A stretch of DNA of 43,085 bases from Octopus bimaculoides. Lineage: Eukaryota. Where the stretch lies: positions 36,175,316-36,218,400 of the forward strand of contig NC_068998.1 in the NCBI RefSeq assembly GCF_001194135.2, given 5' to 3'. A program made the position numbers and the translations under genes. Below the pieces are notes generated by a model. The model saw nothing but the letters and a program-made list of their open reading frames with translations, made no database searches and was not told where the DNA came from. Every line of letters begins with the position of its first letter. The stretch's first letter is position 1. Of this stretch, positions 21,713 to 33,419 are shown in pieces.

Positions 21713-22880
21713 TCATCATCATCATCGTTTAACGTCCGCTTTCCATGCTAGCATGAGTTGGACGATTTGACTGAGGACTGGTGCAACCGGATGGCTACAC
21801 CAGGCTCCAATCTAATTTGGCAGAGTTTCTACAGCTGGATGCCCTTCCTAACGCCAACCACTCAGAGAGTGTAGTGGGTGCTTTTACGTGTCACCCGCAC
21901 GAAAACGGCCACGCTCGAAATGGTGTCTTTTATGTGCCANNNNNNNNNNNNNNNNNNNNNNNNNNNNNNNNNNNNNNNNNNNNNNNNNNNNNNNNNNNNN
22001 NNNNNNNNNNNNNNNNNNNNNNNNNNNNNNNNNNNNNNNNNNNNNNNNNNNNNNNNNNNNNNNNNNNNNNNNNNNNNNNNNNNNNNNNNNNNNNNNNNNN
22101 NNNNNNNNNNNNNNNNNNNNNNNNNNNNNNNNNNNNNNNNNNNNNNNNNNNNNNNNNNNNNNNNNNNNNNNNNNNNNNNNNNNNNNNNNNNNNNNNNNNN
22201 NNNNNNNNNNNNNNNNNNNNNNNNNNNNNNNNNNNNNNNNNNNNNNNNNNNNNNNNNNNNNNNNNNNNNNNNNNNNNNNNNNNNNNNNNNNNNNNNNNNN
22301 NNNNNNNNNNNNNNNNNNNNNNNNNNNNNNNNNNNNNNNNNNNNNNNNNNNNNNNNNNNNNNNNNNNNNNNNNNNNNNNNNNNNNNNNNNNNNNNNNNNN
22401 NNNNNNNNNNNNNNNNNNNNNNNNNNNNNNNNNNNNNNNNNNNNNNNNNNNNNNNNNNNNNNNNNNNNNNNNNNNNNNNNNNNNNNNNNNNNNNNNNNNN
22501 NNNNNNNNNNNNNNNNNNNNNNNNNNNNNNNNNNNNNNNNNNNNNNNNNNNNNNNNNNNNNNNNNNNNNNNNNNNNNNNNNNNNNNNNNNNNNNNNNNNN
22601 NNNNNNNNNNNNNNNNNNNNNNNNNNNNNNNNNNNNNGCCTTTTACCCTGAGTGAGAGTCCCTTTGTCGCCAGCAGAGGTAAGAGCTCTCTAAACTTGGC
22701 CCAGGCTATTCTTATTCTAGCAGTTACACTTTCAGTGCACCCACCCCGACTACTAACTTGGTCACCCAGATAGCGGAAGCTATCAACTACCTCTAGTTTT
22801 GCTCCCTGGAATGAGATAGAAGTTGTTTCCTGTTTGTTTAGAGTGTTTATTGCACCTGAACATCTGCCACATACAAAAAC
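21713..22880 (-). mobile_element. 5'-truncated RTE LINE (3' ORF end + 3' UTR), middle in an N gap
   Basis: Right of the gap the minus strand reads FVCGRCSG..LEVVDSFRYLGDQVSSRGGCTESVTARIRIAWAKFRELLPLL. Left of the gap is the 3' UTR with a (GAT)n tail. Confidence 0.88.
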
Positions 22881-22984
22881 TAACTTTGTTTTTGTATTGA
22901 TCCTGAATGGATGAAAGGCAAAGTCAACCTTGGCAGAATTTGAACTCAGAATGTTCCTTGTAATAAGAAATATAACCCTTTATC

Positions 22985-23357
22985 TTATATTTTTTTCTAA
23001 GGCATTAGATTGTGGCCATGTTGGGGCACTGCTTTGAAGGGTTTTAGTTGAACAAATGAACCCTGTTTTTTTTTTTTTGAAGTCTGGTACTTATTCTATT
23101 GGTCTCTGTTGTCAAATTGTTACCAACAGCAGTTGTCAAGCGCTGGGGTGGAGATCGAACACACACACACATATCTTTCTGTCTATCTGTGTGTGCGCAC
23201 ACAAACACACGACAGGCTTCCACACAGTTTCTACCTATCAAATCCACCCACAAGGCTTTGGTTCTCGGTGTTATAATTGGAGACGCTTGTGGGATTGAAC
23301 GAAGATCATATGGCTTGGGAGCAAGCTTCTTAACCATTGAGTCTCGCCTGCGCCTGT
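22985..23357 (-). mobile_element. tRNA-derived SINE
   Basis: Tail tgtggccatgttggggcact, body caggcttccacacagtttctacctatcaaatcc, head gggagcaagcttcttaacca. Confidence 0.8.
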
Positions 23358-23546
23358 AAAAAAGACTTTCATGTGCATCGGTCGGAATGTTTTGTAGAAG
23401 AAAAAAAAAAAAAATTATTGCCGCTGTAGGAACCTATATTAGAGCAACAAGGGATATAATCAGTAATGTAAGGTTTTTATAATTACCTCCCTTACATTTC
23501 AATTCTATATCTTTGAGTTAACCTGTTACGGAATGTTTCTTCATGT

Positions 23547-23751
23547 TTTAAGCATTCAGATTACTCTCTCAAATGTAATGCTTACTTATTCATATTATTT
23601 TGAATTAATTATGCCTTATCTTGTAGCTGTGAGCTTTCAATGATGTTATTGTTCATCTTTCAGAATGGCATTGTAGGAAGGTGTGAGAAGCTAGATCTGG
23701 CCAATTTTGACATAAAATAGACCGGATATGGCCGATTAGAATGCTAAAGGG
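23547..23751. mobile_element. piggyBac-type MITE, second copy (left end eroded)
   Basis: agcattcagatt..caaatgta.. matches 16068 onward; right end aatgctaaaggg|TTAA. Confidence 0.75.
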
Positions 23752-23755
23752 TTAA

Positions 23756-23970
23756 GGCGACGAGTGAGGTTAATCATTTGTACACCGGGCAAACTGCTTT
23801 GCGACATTTCGTCCGTCTTTACGGTCTGAGTTCAAATTCCGCAGAGGTCAACTTTGCCTTTCATCCTTTCGGAATCAATAAAATATGTACCAGTGGAGCA
23901 CTGGGGGTTGATGTAATCCACTTGCACCCTCCTCCGAACGTGCTGGCCTTGTGCTAAAATTTGAAACCGA
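23756..23970 (+). mobile_element. SINE (ggtcgactttgcctttcatcc core family)
   Basis: gagttcaaattccgcagaggtcaactttgcctttcatcctttcgg..ggccttgtgctaaaatttgaaac. Confidence 0.8.
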
Positions 23971-24249
23971 TAGATGTTTCTTCATATTTCCTTTTGCTAG
24001 CACGATATGCGATAGTCCTGTGCCTGAAATGACTACTGCTTTTTATTTTATGATTTAATGTAGAAAGTTGTGGAGTAAAACTTGGGATACTCTGTTATAT
24101 ATATGCCTGTTTTCTTCTTTGGAGAATTCAAGCCACTATCCAAGGGGCAAGACTGTTTGTATTATGCATGCTTGTGTTCATGGATAACTTGTATTTGTGT
24201 GGTGGATATGCATCTGCGTTTCACTTCACTGATATGCATGTGTTCATGC

Positions 24250-24286
<37 letters not shown>

Positions 24287-25439
24287 NNNNNNNNNNNNNN
24301 NNNNNNNNNNNNNNNNNNNNNNNNNNNNNNNNNNNNNNNNNNNNNNNNNNNNNNNNNNNNNNNNNNNNNNNNNNNNNNNNNNNNNNNNNNNNNNNNNNNN
24401 NNNNNNNNNNNNNNNNNNNNNNNNNNNNNNNNNNNNNNNNNNNNNNNNNNNNNNNNNNNNNNNNNNNNNNNNNNNNNNNNNNNNNNNNNNNNNNNNNNNN
24501 NNNNNNNNNNNNNNNNNNNNNNNNNNNNNNNNNNNNNNNNNNNNNNNNNNNNNNNNNNNNNNNNNNNNNNNNNNNNNNNNNNNNNNNNNNNNNNNNNNNN
24601 NNNNNNNNNNNNNNNNNNNNNNNNNNNNNNNNNNNNNNNNNNNNNNNNNNNNNNNNNNNNNNNNNNNNNNNNNNNNNNNNNNNNNNNNNNNNNNNNNNNN
24701 NNNNNNNNNNNNNNNNNNNNNNNNNNNNNNNNNNNNNNNNNNNNNNNNNNNNNNNNNNNNNNNNNNNNNNNNNNNNATAAATGAGTATATGCATATATAC
24801 GTACAGGTATGTGCATACCGACATCCACCTGTATGTATAGGTGCATATCTGGGTACAGGACATTGCAAACAAAACGTAGACGAGAAAACACACAAGCCAC
24901 ATAGAGAACATTCTTCTTCATCAGCTGCCCCCGTTTTAACACCGGCGTTTCGAAGAGCTGGGCAGGATGCATCGCTAAAACGGCTCTTCCCATGGACCGC
25001 AAATTAAATTTGTATACACAAATTAAACCTTGCCATGGAGGAATGTAGTGGCAGACAAAAAACAAGACAGGAAAACAAACAGAAAAGGCTATACGGCCAG
25101 ACTGGAAAAATTATGTGTATGAACGCTGTGAGGCACGAACTTGAAATATATATACATACATGCACACACACATATATACATATATATAGATGCACACATG
25201 CATGCATGCAAATCAGGAGTAAAAATCTAAAAGGATGCATACAGTGAATGTATGTGTTTGGTGGGACATACAAAAGAAAAATAACTTAGTACATAAGGTT
25301 GAGCATGTATTTTAGAACAGAAGGGCTTACAGTTTTGTGTGTAGCACTTATCAAACTAGTTTCTTAATTATCAGTCACAAGGTCCATGAGTCACTTATTC
25401 AGCTTAACAGTTAGATAATGCTTGTGTATGTGTGCATGG

Positions 25440-25630
25440 AAGACCAGCAGTCACCCATGCATATCAGCCACCCCTCTCCACATTACATCTGAGGGAAAAG
25501 CAAAGACCGATACAACTTGGCAACTGGAGCAATGTGAAATAGTGTCTTGTTCAAGAACACAACATGCAGCCCAGTCCAGGAATCTAACTCACTAGCTCAT
25601 GATTTTTAACCCAATGCTTTAACCGAGGCA
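25440..25630 (-). mobile_element. CORE-type SINE fragment
   Basis: ggagcaatgtgaaatagtgtcttgttcaagaacacaac resembles the MIR/CORE motif; another copy is at 29640-29775. Confidence 0.65.
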
Positions 25631-26096
25631 TGTGTCTTCAAACACATACATACATGAGTAGATATAAAGAGAGAGAGAGAGAGACGTATATTTGAGAGGT
25701 GATGTGGAAAACATGTGTCCTGCCAATCATTCATTGATGATGCATTAATTACTTTTAATGGTTAAGACTTGGAATCAAAATCTTGTCTACACATCTTGTG
25801 TACTATTTGACAGCAAAGAAGCATCTACCTGCTAGAAATTGCAGCCAAACATTTGTCAAATCACATCTGGAAAAAAAGCATTGCATAATATAGTACTAGA
25901 TACATTATGAATGATGATGATGATGATGATGAGTGTAAGGCTTCTGATTATAGGTTTGATTAGTTCAGCAGGGCTAAAAATAAAAACAGCTACAACAAAA
26001 ACAAAAATGTAGTCGTATTGTTTAACGAATAAGTTTCATTACTGTTTCATTATTGTTACCTAAACAAACTTACTGGTTCATTAATTTCATTTCAAG

Positions 26097-26199
26097 AAAT
26101 TCTCTCAACATCTTTGAAGTTGGCTGATAACCAGGAAACTAGGCACTTTGCCAAGACTTTAATAACACAAGCTGTTTTATATACGCAGACATCTCAAAA
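26097..26199 (+). CDS. Candidate gene exon 3 (EILSTSLKLADNQETRHFAKTLITQAVLYTQTSQ + 2 nt)
   Basis: Acceptor ttaatttcatttcaAG|a and donor caaaa|GTAAAT. 103 nt open in the frame from exon 2 (phase 1 in, phase 2 out). Confidence 0.55.
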
Positions 26200-26263
26200 G
26201 TAAATAGACACACCTCATTATTTACTTATTATATATACATATGTGTATGTATATTTATATGCA

Positions 26264-26308
<45 letters not shown>

Positions 26309-26550
26309 GCCTATACATATATGTATGCCTCAGTGTTGGGCCACACGGAGGCAAGGTGGTTGAGTTCCTTTCAAGTGTTGGGCCTCACGGAGGCAATGAC
26401 CAAGACCTTTGGCCTTATGTGGTGCTTGAGAAGACCCATCAAGCCAAGCAAAATTGCAGTCATAGCAGATACCGGTGTCATGCAAATTGGCACTCATGCC
26501 GGTGGCATGTTAACACACCCCAGTGTCATGAAAATGTGTATCTCTCTCTA

Positions 26551-27569
26551 TCATCATCATCATCATCATCATCGTTTAACGTCCGCTTTCCATGCTAGCA
26601 TGGGTTGGACGATTTGAGTGAGGACTGGTGAAACCGGATGGCAACACCAGGCTCCAATCTAATTTGGCAGAGTTTCTACAGCTGGATGCCCTTCCTAACG
26701 CCAACCACTCAGAGAGTGTAGTGGGTGCTTTTACGTGTCACCCGCACGAAAACGGCCACGCTCNNNNNNNNNNNNNNNNNNNNNNNNNNNNNNNNNNNNN
26801 NNNNNNNNNNNNNNNNNNNNNNNNNNNNNNNNNNNNNNNNNNNNNNNNNNNNNNNNNNNNNNNNNNNNNNNNNNNNNNNNNNNNNNNNNNNNNNNNNNNN
26901 NNNNNNNNNNNNNNNNNNNNNNNNNNNNNNNNNNNNNNNNNNNNNNNNNNNNNNNNNNNNNNNNNNNNNNNNNNNNNNNNNNNNNNNNNNNNNNNNNNNN
27001 NNNNNNNNNNNNNNNNNNNNNNNNNNNNNNNNNNNNNNNNNNNNNNNNNNNNNNNNNNNNNNNNNNNNNNNNNNNNNNNNNNNNNNNNNNNNNNNNNNNN
27101 NNNNNNNNNNNNNNNNNNNNNNNNNNNNNNNNNNNNNNNNNNNNNNNNNNNNNNNNNNNNNNNNNNNNNNNNNNNNNNNNNNNNNNNNNNNNNNNNNNNN
27201 NNNNNNNNNNNNNNNNNNNNNNNNNNNNNNNNNNNNNNNNNNNNNNNNNNNNNNNNNNNNNNNNNNNNNNNNNNNNNNNNNNNNNNNNNNNNNNNNNNNN
27301 NTTACACTCTGACGGGTATTCACATTGACATTACACATCCAACGGAGCATACTGGCTTCATTCCTTGCGAGCTTACGTATGTCCTCAGCAGTTACAGCCC
27401 ATGTTTCACTGCCATGTAGCATGGCTGTTCGTACGCATGCGTCATACAGTCTGCCTTTTACTCTGAGTGAGAGTCCCTTTGTCGCCAGCAGGAGTAAGAG
27501 CTCTCTAAACTTTGCCCAGGCTATTCTTATTCTAGCAGCTACACTTTCAGCGCACCAACCCCCACTACT
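26551..27569 (-). mobile_element. 5'-truncated RTE LINE (3' ORF end + 3' UTR), middle in an N gap
   Basis: SSGGWCAESVAARIRIAWAKFRELL..KGRLYDACVRTAMLHGSETWAVT..RNEASMLRWMCNV; 3' UTR and (GAT)n tail at 26551-26763. Confidence 0.9.
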
Positions 27570-27591
27570 ATATATATATGTATTCATATAT

Positions 27592-28565
27592 CGTCATCGT
27601 TATCATTTAACGTATGCTTCCCATGCTGGCATGGGTTGGGCGGTTTGACTGAAAACTGGTAAGCCGCGGGGCTGCAACAGGTTCCAATCTGATTTGCCAA
27701 GATTTCTACACCTGGATGCCCTTCCTAATGCCAACCACTGCGAGTGTAGTGGATGCTGTTTATGTGTCACCAGCATTGTTCACAGCTATGGTCTCACTTG
27801 GCTTGACAGGTCAACACAAACACAGTTTATCGCCAAGGATCTTAGTCACCTGTCATTGTCTCCATGATGTCCAATGCTTGAATGGTGCTTTTTATGTGCC
27901 ACCAGCACGGATGCCAGTCAGACGGCACTGGCATCGACCACACCTTTGACTTAACTCAGTTCAGGAGGTCTTCACAAGCACAGCATATTGTCCAATGATT
28001 GAAGGGTGCTTTTAACAGGCCAGTTACGTGACACTGGCATCAGCCACGACTACGATCTCACTCGGCTTGATGTCACTGCCTCCACGAGGCCCAACGCACT
28101 AATGGTGCTTTTTATGTGCCACCTGCACGGATGCCAGTCAGGTGGCATGGCACTGGCATCAGCCACAACTGTGATTTCACTTCGTTTGACAGGTCTTCAC
28201 CAGCACAGCGTATCACCCAATGATTGAAGGGTGCTTTTAAAGGCCCAGTTAAATGTTGCCTGACTGGCTCCCGTGCTAATGGCACGTAAAATGCGCTATC
28301 CGAACAAGGCTTATGCCAGTACTGCCTGACTGGCTCCCTTGCCAGTGGCATGTAATAAGCATCCTAATGTGATCGATGCCAGGCACATAAAAAGCACCCA
28401 CTACACTCTCGGAGTAGTTAGGGTTAGGGTTAGGAAGGGCATCCAGCTGTAGAAACATTACCAGATCAGATTGGAGCCTGGTGCAACCACTGGCTCTCTA
28501 GACCTCAGTCAAACCGTCCAACCCATGCCAGCATAGAAAACGGACATTAGCATTAGATAATGATG
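27592..28565. mobile_element. Head-to-head pair of RTE 3' UTR-type elements (minus ~27592-28250, plus ~28250-28565)
   Basis: The left copy starts at a (cat)-like tail with ggatgcccttcctaatgccaaccac. The right copy ends with ggaagggcatccagctgtagaaac..aacccatgccagcat..gatgat. Confidence 0.8.
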
Positions 28566-28808
28566 ATATGTATATGTGTGGATTTATTTGTGTGTATGTG
28601 TGTATATACGTGTGTGTGTATATACATGTGTATGTGTGTATATAAATGTGTATGTGTGTATATGCATGTATATGTGTGTGTGTGTGTGTATATGTATATA
28701 CACACACACACACACACGCATTCACTCTAGCCTTCCAGAGTCAGGTTGTTTCCTTGGCTTTTCTTCAAAACATGACATTGTTTTCTTTTCCTTTGTTTAA
28801 AACTTAAG

Positions 28809-28896
28809 ATCAATGCTGCTTTCTCTCAAAGACTTCAGGCTTGTTTCTTGTGTGAAAGTTCAAAAACAGATGAGGAATAATTTGGTCAAGAACCAA
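28809..28896 (+). CDS. Candidate gene exon 4 (KSMLLSLKDFRLVSCVKVQKQMRNNLVKNQ); 3' boundary uncertain
   Basis: Long polypyrimidine tract ttttcttttcctttgtttaaaacttaAG|a; open in the frame from exon 3 (phase 2). Either a donor caa|GTAACT at 28897 or read-through to TAA at 28957-28959. Confidence 0.5.
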
Positions 28897-29004
28897 GTAA
28901 CTGGACCTGATCTGAATCGCACTAGTGGGTGTTATTGGCTTATAGGAATTACCCTATAATATAATTATCTTGTAAGTTTGAAATTTGCCAAAGTATATGA
29001 CGGT

Positions 29005-29775
29005 ATCACACGATGTAGCACTCTGTCGATTACAATGACGAGGGTTTCAGTTGATCCAATCAATGGAACAGCTTGCTCAAAGAATTAATGTGTATGTAGC
29101 TGACCACTCCACAGACACATGTACTCTTATGTAGTTCTCAGGGAGATTCACTGTTAAACAGAGTGTGACAAGGTTGGTCGTGGCCTATGTCAGTGCTGTA
29201 CAACCAGCCCATTTAACTGTACCCTTCAATCATTGAACAATAAACTATGCTTGTGAAGACTTGTTGAGGCAAGTGAAATCGCTGTCATGGCCGATGACAG
29301 TACCGCCTGATTGGCATTCATGCTAGTGGAATGTTAAAAGCACCATTTGAGCATGGTTGTTGCTAGTGCCGCTGGACTGGCTCCTGTGCAGGTGGCACAA
29401 AAAGCACCATTTGAGCATGGCTGATGCCAGTACCACCTGACTGGCCCTCGTGCCAATGGCACATGAAAACACCCACTCTCGGAAGTGGTTGGCATTAGGA
29501 AGGGCATCCAGCTGTGGAAACTTTGTCAAATCAGATTGGAGACTGGTGCAGCCTTCTGGCTCGCCAGCCCTCAGTCAAACCGTCCAACCCATGCCAGCAT
29601 GGAAAGCAGACGTTAAACGATGATGATGATGATGATGTAACTCATTTTTGCCAGCTGAGTGGACTGGGGCAATGTAAAATAAAGTGTCTTGCTCAAGGAC
29701 ACAACATGTCGCCAGGAATTGAACTCATGACTTTGCGATTGTGAGCTGAATATCCCTAACCATTAAGCCACAAGC
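29005..29775. mobile_element. Repeat cluster: SINE fragment (~29005-29180), plus-strand RTE 3' UTR (~29180-29637), minus-strand CORE-type SINE (~29640-29775)
   Basis: RTE tail ggaagggcatccagctgtggaaac..cgttaaacgatgatgatg; CORE motif gtgtcttgctcaaggacacaac. Confidence 0.75.
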
Positions 29776-29924
29776 CTTCCTCACAATGTACAAATAGCAA
29801 AATGTAGTTGTGTTCTTGTACCATTATGGCTAACCCCTAAGTTATCTATAGTTTAGCACTCCCGTGATTAAAAGACAATCAAATTGTGACCATCCCATTG
29901 TTTTATCTCCTTTTATCTTTCTGT

Positions 29925-30180
29925 CTTTTCACTGTCTCTGAGCTGTGGCTTTGCTATGGCCACCACCTGAGGGGTTTCGTTGAACAAATTGTCTCCAATA
30001 CTTATTTTGTGAAGTCTCGTACTTATTCTATCTGACCGTTTTGCTGAACTGCTAAGTTACAAGGACATAAGCCAACATCAGTTGTGAAGCAGTAGTGGGG
30101 GACAAACACAAAACATGCCACATATATATGTGTGTGTGTTTGTGTATGTGTCTGTGTATATGTGTGTGTATATGTCTATA

Positions 30181-30213
<33 letters not shown>

Positions 30214-30510
30214 ATATGTGTGTGTATATATGTGTGTGTACATATATGTGTGTGTGTATATATGTGTGTATGTATATGTGTGTGTATGTGTATATATATG
30301 TGTGTGTGTGTGTATATATGTGTGTGTGCGTGTGTATATGTGTGTCTGTATACACAATGGGCTTCTACATAGTTTCTTTCTACCAAATTCATTCACAAGG
30401 TATTGCTTGACCCAGGGCTATGATAGAAGACACTTGCCCAAGTTGCAGCACAGTGGAATTGAACCTGAGACCTCATGGTTGTAAAGTGAGCTTCTTAAGC
30501 ACACATTATA
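29925..30510 (-). mobile_element. tRNA-derived SINE with an expanded internal (TG/TA) microsatellite at 30120-30352
   Basis: SINE tail and body on both sides of a compound microsatellite. Confidence 0.8.
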
Positions 30511-30832
30511 CTTGCACCTAGGAAAAATTTTATGCAATTTGTCCTTCTTTTTCTTAGATGGTTATGTGTTTTGAGGGAGATTTTGGTTGTTATTTACGGC
30601 AGGTCAGGTGATAGTATAGAGCTGTAGTACTCAACTCAATTTTTTCCTGTGGACCCCTTTGATTGCTATCTTACCCTACTGGACCCCAATAGCCATTCAA
30701 TGTTTAAATACAGTCCTATTTTTATAATTGAATATTATTAGAAATTGTGTAAAGAAATTTTTGAAATATTTTCTGTATTTTGAAAACATAATGAATTTTA
30801 TTCCACATGAATTTTAACAACAAAATTTTATA

Positions 30833-31465
30833 TAGGTGCAGGTGTGGCTGTGTGGTAAGAAGCTTGCTGGCGAGCTGGCAGAAACGGTAGCATGCCGGGC
30901 GAAATGCTTAGCGGTATTTCGTCTGCCGTAACGTTCTGAGTTCGAATTCCGACAAGGTCGACTTTGCTTTTCATCCTTTCGGGGTCGATAGATAAGTACC
31001 AGTTACGCACTGGGGTCGATATAATCGACTTAACCCGCTTGTCTGTCCTTGTTTGTCCCTTCTGTGTGTAGCCCCTTGTGGGCAATAAAGAAATAAGAAG
31101 CTTGCTTCCCAATCACATGGTTCTGGGTTCTGCGTGGTACCTCAGGCAAGTGTCTTCTACTCTAGCCTCAGGCTGACCAAAGCCTTGTAAGTAGATTTGG
31201 TAGACGGAAACTGAAAGAAGCCCGTTGTACATATGTATGTGTGTCATTGTGTCTGTGTTTCCCCCACTCACCCACTGTTTGACAACCAGTCTTAGTGTGT
31301 TTACAGCCTCGTAACATCGCAGCTCAGCAAAAGAGACCAATAGAATAAATACCAGGCATAAAGGAAAGACGAGTCCCAAGGTTGATTTGTTCAACTAAAA
31401 CCCTACAAAGCAATGCCCCAGCATGGTCGTAGTCAAATGACTGAAACAATTTAAAGATAAAAGGA
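30833..31465 (+). mobile_element. tRNA-derived SINE interrupted by a nested SINE
   Basis: Head ggtgtggctgtgtggtaagaagcttgct continues as tcccaatcacatgg at 31107. Confidence 0.85.
30869..31093 (+). mobile_element. Nested young SINE with 13-bp TSD
   Basis: TSD taagaagcttgct at 30856-30868 and 31094-31106; head ggcgagctggcagaaac, core gttcgaattcc..ggtcgactttgcttttcatcc. Confidence 0.9.
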
Positions 31466-31724
31466 AAAGGTATATGGATCCATAAAGGCTATCTGGACCC
31501 TGATTGTCACCCCACTTGTTTACTGATTCCTTTGTCAGACTTGATAAATTTAATGCTGTTATGTGATTTGTAGACTTAACCATTTTGTGGCCTTATTTCT
31601 TAAAAGTGGATGACATGTGTGTCCCAGTTAATTTTCATATCAAGAATTCAGAGGGATTACATCAAAATATGTATAATTATGTATAAATTTCTATATGTAA
31701 TTTTATATATTAGAATATCTTTTA

Positions 31725-31980
31725 TCTCTTACTTCTTTTTGTCATTAGACTGTGGCCATGCTGGGGCACTGCCATGAGGGATTTTAGCTGAAGGTATTGA
31801 CCTCAGTTCTTACTTTCATAATAAGCCTGGTACCTCTTTCTATTGCTGAACTACTAAATTATGGGTTCTTAGTTCTAAGGGTCTATGGGTTCTTGACTGG
31901 TTGTCAAGCAGTGGTGAGGACAGACACAGCTACAAAAACACAAATACACACATATACATGGCAGGCTTCTTTCAGTTTCA
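31725..31980 (-). mobile_element. tRNA-derived SINE (head missing)
   Basis: gactgtggccatgctggggcact..ggcttctttcagttt. Confidence 0.75.
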
Positions 31981-33106
31981 CATTAGCGTCTTTACACCTG
32001 GCATAGGACCATCACCCCTTCTCCTTGCCTCAAATACTCCACCATCAGCCCCCCCCCCATGTAGTCAAGGTTTTTTTTTTTCTCCTTTTTCCTGTTCTTT
32101 TCTTGACAAATGCTGAATGAAATAACTACTAGAGTGAAATCAGCTGATTTGATCAAGTACATCTTTGTGGGAAGTACATCATCATCATCATCATCATCAT
32201 CATGCTAAACTAATGACTGAAACCAGTGAAAGAATAGAGTTTGTTAGAGTTAAGGACGTTACTTGGTGACCTTCACTAGTGCTGGTGACACAAGAAAATG
32301 CACTCACTGGTACAAAGTGGTTGGCTTTAGGAAGGGCAATGTCCAACTCCTGCCAGCATGGAAACTAGACACGAAATGACAATGATTGTTCTAACCCAGG
32401 TTTGCATTTGTCTAATTCTAGTCTGCATGTCATTTTTTTACAGCTTTACTCTGACTTGTGAGTTTGTTAGTGCTAAAAAAAAAAACCCCATCAGTTTGTG
32501 ATAGAATAAATACTATGTGAAATACTGGCATCGATTATCAACCATCAAGTAATACTTTTTGAGTCCTTCATTCAGCATGACTACAGTTCAATAACTAAAA
32601 CTAGTAAAAGAATTATATTGAAAAAAAAAAAAAGAAGTAGTATCACCTTTGGTGAGTGTGGTATATTTATCAAATATATTCTGTTACTATCATAAAATAA
32701 ATGAATTAGACAAAACAAAATATTGACCTCCTATCTGATTACGTCAATCACATTGACTAGAAATGAAGAATGTTTTATATTATCTAAACTGATAGCAAAC
32801 ATTGATAGAAAAAATACTTGTTTCTCATCCATTTCCCGTGTGATAAATGTCTGTTTCTTCTGGTTGTTGCTTAGCAGTAGTTCACACTAAAACAATTGTA
32901 TGCATGTATGTGTGTGTGTGTGTGCGCGCGCGTACATATGTGTTTGGTATTTATGTGTATGTAATTTTTTTGTGTATGCATGTGTGTGTGTGTTTATGTA
33001 CTTGTGAATGTATGAGTGTGTATTTATGTGCCTGTGTATATGTAGATGTATGTATGTGTGCACATGTGAATCTCTATGTGGGTGTTTGCACATATATACA
33101 TGCATG

Positions 33107-33137
<31 letters not shown>

Positions 33138-33419
33138 GATATATATATATATATATACATGTTATCTATCATTCTGTGTGTGTGTAAGTGATGTTTTATG
33201 TTTATGTACCTTTTCTTTCCCACTTTCTAATGCTTAATTTCATTGCCATGAAATGTTCACAAATCTGACAACTTGATGGTCGCTCATATGTAAAGAAAAT
33301 TCCTTGGAGGCGAAAGAAAAGGCAGGAGTCTTTCAGTTGACCGCTTTTGGAAAAATATGTCATGTTTACAATAACACTTATTCACTGAAGACTTTATTGT
33401 GGCCAAATTAGGAATCGGT

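Noticed and set aside
20180-22773. Long ORFs of 150-330 aa spanning N runs (also at 24082, 26628, 38232, 39926, 41573)
   Set aside because: Artefacts of assembly gaps translated as X.
30052-30484. HTHT/VCVC/YIYI-rich ORFs (also at 28498, 32847 and others)
   Set aside because: Translations of TG/TA microsatellites.
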